64,000 bases of DNA. Origin: an uncultured Acidobacteriota bacterium. GTDB taxonomy: Bacteria > Acidobacteriota > Vicinamibacteria > Vicinamibacterales > CAVVIG01. Of this stretch, positions 18,782 to 27,396 are shown in pieces. Under the pieces are notes generated by a model that was given only the letters and a program-made list of their open reading frames with translations, was not told the origin of the DNA and searched no databases. How positions within the stretch are numbered: position 1 is the stretch's first letter; each line of letters begins with the position of its first letter. The position numbers and the translations under genes are program-made. The stretch spans positions 10,926 through 74,925 of the forward strand of contig CADEDC010000003.1 in the NCBI GenBank assembly GCA_902825985.1, in the 5' to 3' direction.

Positions 18782-18820
18782 GACACATCCCACTGACACA
18801 TCCCACCGGCACATCCCACA
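18782..18820 (+). promoter_or_regulatory. three tandem 13-bp direct repeats (GACACATCCCACT / GACACATCCCACC / GGCACATCCCACA) upstream of marR
   Basis: Read directly from the sequence. The repeats are contiguous and lie 108-146 bp upstream of the marR ATG (18928). Confidence 0.5.
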
Positions 18821-18927
18821 CGTCCACGCCGTCACGCCGGGCAGGGCGGTGCACAACCGACCCGTCGATCCATGGTTGACGAGGCAGCCGGCGGACTGAT
18901 AGTTTCCTAGGCAACAAGCGAGCTCCC

Positions 18928-19389
18928 GTGCCGACGCGAAAAACCGTCTCCGGACTGCATCATCACCTCGGCTACTGGCTGCGAACCGTCTCGAACGCGG
19001 TCTCACGCCGCTTTGCTCGCCGAGTGGAGCGCGAAGGGGTGACGGTGGCCGAGTGGGTGTTCCTGCGCGTGCTCTACGACGCCGATTGGGTGGCGCCGTC
19101 CCGGCTGGCGGCGCACCTGGGAATGACCAGAGGCGCGATCTCGAAGCTCGCCGACCGTCTTCTCGAGAAGGCGCTCGTACGGTGGGAAGCGAACCCCGAC
19201 GACGGGCGGGCCCACCGGCTGGCCCTGACGCCCGCCGGTCGGACGCTGGTTCCGCGGCTGGCCCGGATCGCCGATGCGAACGATGCGTCGTTCTTCGGTG
19301 CACTCTCTCCCGGCGAGCGGCGCCGGGTGGAGACGCTTCTCCGAAAGATCGCCGCGGCCCACGAACTCAGGAACCTGCCGATAGACTGA
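18928..19389 (+). CDS. MarR family transcriptional regulator
   Basis: LGYWLRTVSNAVSRRFARRVEREGVTVAEWVFLRVL...LGMTRGAISKLADRLLEKALV...DGRAHRLALTPAGR is a winged-helix MarR pattern. Confidence 0.85.
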   Translation: MPTRKTVSGLHHHLGYWLRTVSNAVSRRFARRVEREGVTVAEWVFLRVLYDADWVAPSRLAAHLGMTRGAISKLADRLLEKALVRWEANPDDGRAHRLALTPAGRTLVPRLARIADANDASFFGALSPGERRRVETLLRKIAAAHELRNLPID

Positions 19390-19436
19390 CGCCATTCGGC
19401 GGCAGCACCACGACGCGGATGACGAGGGAGAGCACG

Positions 19437-19838
19437 ATGGACGCACAACGAATCGCGATTGCCGAAGCCTGTCTGAACGCCGCGTTCGACCGGTCGATGG
19501 CTTTCCCCGAGGTGGTCGGCACGCTGATCGCGGCGGGCTTCGAGGGCTACATGGTCGACTACCGTCGCAGCACCACTACCTACTTCCTGCCGGATGGGGA
19601 TAACGTCGTGCTCGAGCACCGCCGCTCGGAGGGAACGGTGGCCGCCCAGTTCGATCAGGCGGGTGTCGCCAGTCAGGTGAGGTGGGCCCAGGCCGACCCG
19701 CCGGACTATTCGTACGAGGCCTTCTGCTCGAACGTGAAGGCCGTCGGCTGCGCCGGCTACATCGTCTCCTTCTCGGGGCGCCGCGCCCTCTACTTCGGGC
19801 GGACCGCCGAAACGCACGTCGAGCATTTCCCCAGGTAG
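19437..19838 (+). CDS. DUF1398 family protein
   Basis: MDAQRIAIAEACLNAAFDRSMAFPEVVGTLIAAGFEGYMVDYRRSTTTYFLPDG resembles DUF1398 (YbcV-like). Confidence 0.6.
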   Translation: MDAQRIAIAEACLNAAFDRSMAFPEVVGTLIAAGFEGYMVDYRRSTTTYFLPDGDNVVLEHRRSEGTVAAQFDQAGVASQVRWAQADPPDYSYEAFCSNVKAVGCAGYIVSFSGRRALYFGRTAETHVEHFPR

Positions 19839-19985
19839 CCGACCGGGTCCCACCGTTGAGATGCGGCCGGATGGCCGGCTGCGCCGGCGTCGACCCCCAG
19901 GATGCTACTGTGGTGCAGTCCAACCGCGCCCGCATGCGACCCGGTGGGTCGCACTCGCCGTGACCGTCGGCGAACAGGAGCAGCG

Positions 19986-21023
19986 ATGTCCACAGATCGC
20001 GTTCGATTCCTGCACGTTGCCAATGGCACCTGTACCACCCGGCTCATCGAGATGGCCGGCATCCCTGGCGCCCGCTCCATCTGGGCCGATCCGCTCTACG
20101 AGGGCCCGGTGCCGCCGGACCTGGGCGACGACGAGCTGCTCGAGGTGCGGCGGCGATACCTCGCCAGCCCAGGCGGTGACACCGGCGGGTTGGCGGCCGC
20201 ACGCGATTCGTCGCACGATTCGGCGGCCAACGACATGCGAGCGTGGCGCGCGGCGATCGACCGCTACGACTCGTACGACGAACTGGTCCTGTGGTTCGAA
20301 CATGACCTGTTCGATCAGCTCAATCTGATCCAGCTGCTCACATGGATTCGCCGGCGCCTGCCGTCTACCACCGCGGTGTCGCTCGTCTGCGTCGCCGCGT
20401 TTCCCGGACGTCCAGGCTTCAAGGGCCTTGGCGAACTCACGCCCCCCGAACTGGCGTCGCTCGTCGACGCCAGGCAACCGGTCGGCCACGAGCAGTACGC
20501 GCTCGCGGCCCGGGCGTGGCTGGCGTTTCGCGCGCCGACGCCCGAACCGCTCGACGCGGTGCGCGACGACGACACGTCCGCGCTGCCCTGCCTCGGCCCA
20601 GCCATCGCCCGGTTTCTGCAGGAATACCCATCGACGCGCGACGGCCTGTCCAGAACCGAACGGCGCCTTCTCGAGCTGGCGGACGGCACCGGCATCGCAC
20701 TGGCGGACGCGTTCCCTCGCATGCACGACGATGAGACGGCCTACTACGTCACGGACGCCGGACTAGCCGCGATGGCCGCGACCTTGTCCGGCGCCGCGCC
20801 GGCTCTGCTGACGCTCGATCTCCCGGCGGCTGAGGCAGGTCGCGTGTTGCGCGGTCGCGTCACGCTCACGGACGCCGGCCGTTCCGTGTTGTCCGGCAGC
20901 CTGGATCGGGTTGCGACCTGCGGCATCGACAAGTGGCTGGGCGGCGTCCACCTGCAGCCGGGCGGCGGCGGCTGGCGCTGGGACGAGACGCGGCAGCGCG
21001 TCGTCCGGGCGCACCCCGGCTAG
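19986..21023 (+). CDS. DUF1835 (plus DUF3658-like) domain protein
   Basis: VRFLHVANGTCTTRLIEMAGIPG...WADPLYEGPVP...ELLEVRRRYL is typical of the DUF1835 N-terminus. Start at ATG 19986. Confidence 0.6.
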   Translation: MSTDRVRFLHVANGTCTTRLIEMAGIPGARSIWADPLYEGPVPPDLGDDELLEVRRRYLASPGGDTGGLAAARDSSHDSAANDMRAWRAAIDRYDSYDELVLWFEHDLFDQLNLIQLLTWIRRRLPSTTAVSLVCVAAFPGRPGFKGLGELTPPELASLVDARQPVGHEQYALAARAWLAFRAPTPEPLDAVRDDDTSALPCLGPAIARFLQEYPSTRDGLSRTERRLLELADGTGIALADAFPRMHDDETAYYVTDAGLAAMAATLSGAAPALLTLDLPAAEAGRVLRGRVTLTDAGRSVLSGSLDRVATCGIDKWLGGVHLQPGGGGWRWDETRQRVVRAHPG

Positions 21024-24000
21024 TCCTTCAGCACGACCAGCAGGTCGCGGGCTTCGATGACATCGCCCGGACCGACCAGGACGTCGCCGACCGTCGCCTC
21101 CTTCGGACTGTAGACCGCCGTCTCCATCTTCATGGCTTCGATCGACAGCAGCCGGTCGCCGGCCTTCACCCGCTGCCCGACCTTCGCGACCACGGACGAC
21201 ACCTTGCCCGGCATGGGCGCCGAGACGTGCAGCGGGTTCGCCGGGTCCGCCTTGGGACTCTGCTTCGCCGCTTCGACCGACTTGTCGCGCACGCGGATGT
21301 CGCGCGGTTGGCCGTTCAGTTCGAAGAAGACCGTCCGCGTCCCGTCGTCGCGCACCTCGCCGGTCGTCAGGTAGCGGACGATCAACGTCTTGCCGCGCTC
21401 GATCTCGATCGCGATCTCCTGCCCTGGGGTCAGGCCGTAGAAGAACTGCGCCGTCGGGATGCTCGACGTGTCGCCGAACTGCAGGCGGTGTTCGAGGAAT
21501 TCCATGTAGACCTGCGGGTAGAGCAGGTAGGAGAGGACGTCCTCCTCGCGCGGTTCCTGCCGCATCTTCCCGCGCACCGCTTCGGCCGCCTTGCCGAAGT
21601 CCGCCGGCGCCAGCGAGGCGCTGGGTCGCCCCTCGATGGCCTTCACCTGCGCCGAGCGCAGGACGATGTCCTGGAACGCCCGCGGCCAGCCGCCTTCCGG
21701 CTCCCCGAGCAGGCCCTGCATCATCTCGACGACGCTGCGCGGGAAGCTGAGCGGACCCGTGGCGGACATGATGTCGTCGGACGTCAGGCGGTTAGTGACC
21801 ATGAACAGCGCCATGTCGCCGACGACCTTGCTCGACGGCGTCACCTTGACGATGTCGCCGAACAGTCGGTTGGCCTCGGCGTACGCCTGGCAGATTTCCG
21901 GCCACTTGCTCTCGAGGCCGAGGTTCCGGGCCTGCTGGCGCAGGTTCGTGTACTGCCCGCCCGGCATCTCGTGCTGATAGACATCGGGCCCTGGCGCCTT
22001 CAGCCCTTCCTCGAAGGGATAGTAGAGCTCGCGCACCGCCGCCCAATAGCGGCTGAGTGCGTCGAGCGCCTCCTGGTCCAGGCCGGTGTCGCGCGGCGTG
22101 TGGCGCAACGCCGCGGCGATGCTGTTCAGGCACGGTTGGCTGGTCATGCTGCTCATCGACGCGAGCGCCGCATCGGCGATGTCGACCCCGGCATCGGCCG
22201 CGCGCAGGACGCTCGCCGCGTTGATGCCGCTGGTGTCGTGCGTGTGGAAGTGGATCGGAACCCCGATCTCGTCCTTCAGCGCTTTCACGAGCGCATAGGC
22301 CGCGTACGGCTTGCACAGCCCGGCCATGTCCTTGATGGCCAGCACGTGGGTGCCCATCTTGACCAGGTGCTTCGCCATCCGGACGTAGTAGTCGAGCGAG
22401 TACTTGGTGCGTGTCGGATCGAGGATGTCGCCGGTGTAGCAGATCGCCGCCTCGCAGATGGCGTCGGTCTCCTCGCGAACCGACTCGATGGCGAGCCGCA
22501 TGTTGTCGGTCGAGTTCAGCGAGTCGAAGATGCGGAAGACGTCGATGCCGGACTGCGCGCTGCGCCGGATGAACGAGCGGACGACGTTGTCGGGATACGT
22601 CGTGTAGCCGACGGCGTTGCTGGCGCGCAGCAGCATCTGGAAGAGGATGTTGGGAATCCGCTGGCGCAGGACGTCCAGCCGTTCCCACGGGTCCTCCTGC
22701 AGGAAGCGCATCGACGTATCGAACGTCGCGCCGCCCCACATCTCGAGGCTGAACAGGTCGGGCGTCGTCCGCGACACGACGTCGGCAATCGCCGCCATGT
22801 CGTAGGTGCGGACGCGCGTCGCCAGCAGTGACTGGTGCGCATCGCGCATCGTCGTGTCGGTGATGAACAGGCGGTCCTGCTCGCGGATCCACTGCGCGAA
22901 CTTCTCCGGCCCGAGCTCGGTGAGCGTCTGCTTCAGGCCGGGCGGCGGCGGGTCGCCGAGCGACAGACGCGACGGCTTGGGCGGCACCGGCACGGTCAGC
23001 TTGCGGCCGTCGATCGAGCCCTTCACGTCCGAACGCCCGTTGACGATGACGTCGCCGAGGTAGGTGAGCGCGCGGGTCGCGCGATCGCGCGGCACGCGGA
23101 TGTGGAACAGCTCCGGTGTGTCGTCGATGAACGTCGTCGTCGCCGCACCCGAGCGGAACGTCGGGTGGTCGATCAGGTTCAGCAGGAACGCGATGTTCGT
23201 CTTCACGCCGCGGATGCGGAACTCACGCAGCGCCCGGTCGGCGCGCGACGCCGCCTCGACCAGCGTGCTGCCCCAGGTCGTCACCTTGACGAGGAGCGAA
23301 TCGAAGAACGGCGTGATCACCGAGCCGCCGAAGCCGTTGCCGCCGTCGAGCCGCACGGCGAAGCCGCCGGCCGAACGGTAGGTGGTGATGCGGCCGTAGT
23401 CCGGGATGAAGTTGCGGTCCGGGTCCTCGGTCGTGACGCGGCACTGCATCGCGACGCCGCGGCATTCGATCGCCGTCTGGCCGGGCACGGCGAGCGGCGC
23501 CTCGTGCAGGCGGTGGCCCTGGGCGACGAGAATCTGGCTGCGGACCAGATCGATGCCGGTCACCACTTCGGTAACCGTGTGTTCCACCTGGATCCGCGGG
23601 TTCACCTCGATGAAGAAGAAATCACCCCGGTCGAGGTCGAGGAGGAACTCCACCGTGCCGGCGCTGCGGTACTTCACCGACCGGCAGAGCCGGGCGGCGG
23701 CGTCGCAGATCCGCTCGCGCATCTCCTGCGGCAGGTCGATGCTCGGCGCCACCTCGACGACCTTCTGGTGGCGGCGCTGCACCGAGCAATCGCGCTCCCA
23801 CAAATGGACCAGGTTGCCGTGCGCGTCGCCGAGAATCTGCACCTCGATGTGCTTGGCGCGGGCGATGTAGCGCTCGAGGAACACTTCCGGACGGCCGAAG
23901 GCCGAGGCCGCCTCGCGCTGCGCCTCGTCCAGGCGCAGCCGCAGCTCGTCGGCGCTGCGGACGATGCGCATGCCACGGCCGCCGCCGCCGAAGCTGGCCT

Positions 24001-24490
24001 TGATCATCAGCGGATAGCCGATGCGCTCGGCCTCGCCGGCGATGAACTCCGGATCGTCGAGCGCGTCCGCGCTGCCCGGAATCGTCGGCACGCCGGCGGC
24101 GTCGGCCAGCTTCTTCGCCGCCGTCTTGTCGCCGAACATGTCGAGATGATCGGCCGTCGGACCGACGAACTCGATTCCCGCGTCGGCGCAGGCGCGCGCG
24201 AGTGCGGCACTCTCCGACAAGAAGCCGTAGCCGGGATGGATGGCGTCGACCGCCTGCTGCTTTGCAACCTCGATGATCGCCGCGATGTTCAGGTACGACT
24301 TGACCGGCTCGCCCCCTTCGGGCGGGCCAATCAGGAACGCCTCGTCCGCCTTGAAGCGGTGCAGCGAGAACCGGTCTTCGTGGCTGTAGATGGCGACGGT
24401 GCGTAATCCGAGCTCGGTGGCCGCCCTGAAGCAGCGAATGGCGATCTCAGAACGGTTGGCAACGAGCAGTTTCCGCATAGGCCTGAACAA
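21020..24490 (-). CDS. pyc: pyruvate carboxylase (single-chain)
   Basis: Biotin carboxylase N-terminus (KLLVANRSEIAIRCFRAATELG), carboxyltransferase region (DTTMRDAHQSLLATR) and biotinyl-lysine site (SIEAMKMET). The start may instead be MRKLLV (24478). Confidence 0.93.
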   Translation of the reverse strand: MFRPMRKLLVANRSEIAIRCFRAATELGLRTVAIYSHEDRFSLHRFKADEAFLIGPPEGGEPVKSYLNIAAIIEVAKQQAVDAIHPGYGFLSESAALARACADAGIEFVGPTADHLDMFGDKTAAKKLADAAGVPTIPGSADALDDPEFIAGEAERIGYPLMIKASFGGGGRGMRIVRSADELRLRLDEAQREAASAFGRPEVFLERYIARAKHIEVQILGDAHGNLVHLWERDCSVQRRHQKVVEVAPSIDLPQEMRERICDAAARLCRSVKYRSAGTVEFLLDLDRGDFFFIEVNPRIQVEHTVTEVVTGIDLVRSQILVAQGHRLHEAPLAVPGQTAIECRGVAMQCRVTTEDPDRNFIPDYGRITTYRSAGGFAVRLDGGNGFGGSVITPFFDSLLVKVTTWGSTLVEAASRADRALREFRIRGVKTNIAFLLNLIDHPTFRSGAATTTFIDDTPELFHIRVPRDRATRALTYLGDVIVNGRSDVKGSIDGRKLTVPVPPKPSRLSLGDPPPPGLKQTLTELGPEKFAQWIREQDRLFITDTTMRDAHQSLLATRVRTYDMAAIADVVSRTTPDLFSLEMWGGATFDTSMRFLQEDPWERLDVLRQRIPNILFQMLLRASNAVGYTTYPDNVVRSFIRRSAQSGIDVFRIFDSLNSTDNMRLAIESVREETDAICEAAICYTGDILDPTRTKYSLDYYVRMAKHLVKMGTHVLAIKDMAGLCKPYAAYALVKALKDEIGVPIHFHTHDTSGINAASVLRAADAGVDIADAALASMSSMTSQPCLNSIAAALRHTPRDTGLDQEALDALSRYWAAVRELYYPFEEGLKAPGPDVYQHEMPGGQYTNLRQQARNLGLESKWPEICQAYAEANRLFGDIVKVTPSSKVVGDMALFMVTNRLTSDDIMSATGPLSFPRSVVEMMQGLLGEPEGGWPRAFQDIVLRSAQVKAIEGRPSASLAPADFGKAAEAVRGKMRQEPREEDVLSYLLYPQVYMEFLEHRLQFGDTSSIPTAQFFYGLTPGQEIAIEIERGKTLIVRYLTTGEVRDDGTRTVFFELNGQPRDIRVRDKSVEAAKQSPKADPANPLHVSAPMPGKVSSVVAKVGQRVKAGDRLLSIEAMKMETAVYSPKEATVGDVLVGPGDVIEARDLLVVLKD

Positions 24491-24673
24491 CGTGGTGGTG
24501 TGATCCGGGGGGTCGCGCAGGCGAGCAGCCGTGCCGACGGTGAACGCTCAAATTCTAACGGAAAGTTCCGCACCGTGACGCGGCAACCGACCGGCGGGCT
24601 GCGTCGGCCACCGCACCGACCGAGCCAGGTCAGGCGATCGCCGGGTGATCGGGGTTGGCGATAAGATCGGGCT

Positions 24674-25789
24674 GTGACCCCCTCGACCGACATCATTGTC
24701 ATCGGCAGCGGCATCATCGGCTGTGCCGTGGCCTGCGAACTGGGACGGCGCGGCGCGTCCGTGCGCGTCCTCGATGACCGGATGGCCGGCATGGGCGCGA
24801 CGCAGGCGTCCGCCGGCATGCTGGCACCGTACAACGAGATCGACGAGGAAGGGGCGCACCTCGAGCTGACCCTGCGCGCGCTGGACTGCTTCGACGCCTT
24901 CATGGCCGGCGTGACGGCCGACAGCGGCCAGCCGGTGCCGTACCACCGCACCGGCACGCTGACGCTGGCGTTCAGCGACGACGCCGCGGCGCGACTCGGC
25001 CGTCTGCTGGAGCTGATGCGGGCGCGCGGCGTGGCGGCGCAGCTGCTCGACGCCGACGAGGTGCGTCGCGAAGAGCCGGCCGTGTCGCCGGCGGCGCGCG
25101 GCGGATTGGTCATCCGGTCGCACGGCTACGTTGCCGCCACCGTCCTGACGCAGGCGCTGGTCACGGCGGCGCGTCGGTACGGGGTGACGTTCACGGTGGC
25201 GCCGCGGGTCCACACCGTCCGCCAGCACCGGGACGAGGTCGTCGTCGACAACGGCACCGAGACCTTCGTCGCCGCGCACGTCGTCAATGCCGCAGGATCG
25301 TGGGCCGGTCAGGTGCGCGTGGAGGGAGCCGCCGTCGTGCCGGTCCATCCCGTGCGCGGCCAGCTGCTGCATCTCAAGGCGTCCGGACCGAACCTGCGGC
25401 GGGTCACGTGGGGCGAGCGCTGTTATCTCGTTCCGTGGGATGACGGCTCGCTGCTCGTCGGCGCCACGGTCGAGCATGCCGGATTCGACGAGCGGACCAC
25501 ACTGGGCGGGATGCGCGAGCTCATCGCCGCCGCCGCCGCGACGCTGCTGCCGGAGTGGCACGCCACGGTCGTCGGAGTGCGCGCCGGACTGCGGCCCGGA
25601 ACGCCCGACGACCTGCCGATTATCGGCCCGTCGGCCGTTGCGCCCCGCGTGATGTACGCCACCGGGCACTATCGCAACGGCATCCTGCTGGCACCGATCA
25701 CCGCGACGCTGGTCGCCGACGCGCTGCTTGGCGGCACGCTCGATCCCATGCTGTCGGCCACCAGCCCGGCGCGATTCGGTGCTCTGTAG
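24674..25789 (+). CDS. thiO: FAD-dependent glycine oxidase-like oxidoreductase
   Basis: DIIVIGSGIIGCAVACELGRRGASVRVLD is a Rossmann motif, and the C-terminal GHYRNGILLAPITA is typical of ThiO/DAO. Confidence 0.7.
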   Translation: MTPSTDIIVIGSGIIGCAVACELGRRGASVRVLDDRMAGMGATQASAGMLAPYNEIDEEGAHLELTLRALDCFDAFMAGVTADSGQPVPYHRTGTLTLAFSDDAAARLGRLLELMRARGVAAQLLDADEVRREEPAVSPAARGGLVIRSHGYVAATVLTQALVTAARRYGVTFTVAPRVHTVRQHRDEVVVDNGTETFVAAHVVNAAGSWAGQVRVEGAAVVPVHPVRGQLLHLKASGPNLRRVTWGERCYLVPWDDGSLLVGATVEHAGFDERTTLGGMRELIAAAAATLLPEWHATVVGVRAGLRPGTPDDLPIIGPSAVAPRVMYATGHYRNGILLAPITATLVADALLGGTLDPMLSATSPARFGAL

Positions 25790-26155
25790 GTGGCACCGTT
25801 GCTCATCGGCGGTCGCCCGTACCGGATCCGCGCGAGCCAGCGCAACGGTCGCTGGACGGCCCATGCGGTCCGCGGCGACAACGGCGACCGCTTCGGCGGC
25901 GACTTCGTCGGAGAATCCGAGGCGACTGCCGCCGCCGCCGTGATCCGCTGGCTCGAGTGGCAGACCGCTCATGCCGGCGCCCTCGAAGCGCTGCAGGACG
26001 CCGAACGGGCGTACCATCGATCGATTGCCGGGCACCTGTTCGCGAGTTCGGCCGACGAGGCGGCGACGCTTCAGACTCGGCGCGATCGGCTGGACGCGGT
26101 GGAGCTGGCGCGACGGCGGCTCGACGAGGTGCGCGCCCGCCAACCGGACGCCTGA
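25790..26155 (+). CDS. hypothetical protein
   Basis: GTG start immediately after the thiO stop. The codon bias is coding-like. No family recognised. Confidence 0.4.
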   Translation: MAPLLIGGRPYRIRASQRNGRWTAHAVRGDNGDRFGGDFVGESEATAAAAVIRWLEWQTAHAGALEALQDAERAYHRSIAGHLFASSADEAATLQTRRDRLDAVELARRRLDEVRARQPDA

Positions 26156-26212
26156 GTGATACTTGCCGGTGCGGATGACTCGAACACGCGCAGAGAACAG
26201 GAGCGTCACACC

Positions 26213-26491
26213 ATGGCCACCCTCTCGTCGGATGACGTCCGGGACCGGCTGCGCGGCCTGAACGGCTGGCGCCTCGACGGCAACGCGGTCGTGAAGCAGT
26301 TCACGTTTGCCGGGTTTCCCGAAGCAGTCGCCTTCGTCTCGCGTCTGGTACCAGGCGCCGAAGCCGCCGACCATCATCCCGACATCACGATCCACTATCG
26401 CCGGGTCACGCTGGCGTTCACGACCCACAGCGAAGGCGGACTGACCGAGAAGGATTTTGCCGGCGCCGCGGCGGCTGATCGATGCGTCTGA
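26213..26491 (+). CDS. pterin-4-alpha-carbinolamine dehydratase
   Basis: LNGW...FTFAGFPEAVAFVSRL...AEAADHHPDITIHYRRVTLAFTTH is the PCD/DCoH signature. Confidence 0.85.
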   Translation: MATLSSDDVRDRLRGLNGWRLDGNAVVKQFTFAGFPEAVAFVSRLVPGAEAADHHPDITIHYRRVTLAFTTHSEGGLTEKDFAGAAAADRCV

Positions 26492-26952
26492 AGAAGACCT
26501 ACAGCTCGCGCGAGGTGGCGGCGTTCACCGGACTGACGGCCCGCCAGCTGCAGGTCTGGCACGCCGATGGCCTGATGCTGCCGGCCATACCGCCGCATCG
26601 CACCGACGCCGGCGGCTACACCGAACGCCGGTACACGCCGATCGAGCTCTTCGAACTGCAGGTGTTCGCCGACTTGCGGGAGTGCGGCTTCACGGTCCCC
26701 CAGCTCCGCGGCGTCGTCGACGCACTCCGCGAGCACTTCGGCACGCGCATCTTCGAAGCGATCGGCGGCGGTGGCCTCGTCGATCTCCTGACCGATGGGC
26801 ACGACGTCTACGTGCGCACCCCGACCGGTGAGTACTTCAACCTGTTGAACAATCCGACGACACCGCTGCTGGCGATGGGCGATCTCGGGCGCTTGCGGGA
26901 ACTGGGACGAAAGACACGGAGAGCGCGGCGGAAGCAGGTGCCGCGCGGCTGA
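26482..26952 (+). CDS. MerR-family HTH protein
   Basis: YSSREVAAFTGLTARQLQVWHADGLM is a MerR-type HTH. The start overlaps the PCD gene by 10 nt. The C-terminal domain is unassigned. Confidence 0.65.
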   Translation: MRLKKTYSSREVAAFTGLTARQLQVWHADGLMLPAIPPHRTDAGGYTERRYTPIELFELQVFADLRECGFTVPQLRGVVDALREHFGTRIFEAIGGGGLVDLLTDGHDVYVRTPTGEYFNLLNNPTTPLLAMGDLGRLRELGRKTRRARRKQVPRG

Positions 26953-26982
26953 CCCGGCCGGCGCGGCCCGCCAAGCGGAGCG

Positions 26983-27279
26983 TCAGCGAATCGGAAACAC
27001 CTTTTCGAGGTCGTCGGCGGGGCGCGGGATGACATGGACGCCGACCAGTTCGCCGACGCGGCGGGCGGCGGCGGCACCGGCGTCGGTGGCGGCCTTCACG
27101 GATCCGACGTCCCCCCGCACGATGACCGTCACGAGGCCGGCGTCGACCTTCTGCCAGCCGACGATGGTGACGTTCGCGGTCTTGACCATGGCATCCGCCG
27201 CTTCGATCATGCCCACCAGCCCGCGTGTCTCGACCATCCCGAGGGCATCACCGACGTCTCGCTTTGCTTTGTCTGCCAC
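26983..27279 (-). CDS. bacterial microcompartment shell protein, BMC-H (PduA/CcmK/EutM-like)
   Basis: [76 protein letters not shown] is near-colinear with canonical Pfam00936 hexamer proteins. GTG start. Confidence 0.9.
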   Translation of the reverse strand: MADKAKRDVGDALGMVETRGLVGMIEAADAMVKTANVTIVGWQKVDAGLVTVIVRGDVGSVKAATDAGAAAARRVGELVGVHVIPRPADDLEKVFPIR

Positions 27280-27396
27280 GCGCTCACTTTAGCACTACTC
27301 CGGCCGGGATCGTGCCGCCGCCCGGGCCTCAACGAGAAGGGCCCGCCATCGCCCCGGTCGATGCCACCGGGCGGTCCCGGCGCGGCTCGCCAGCCT

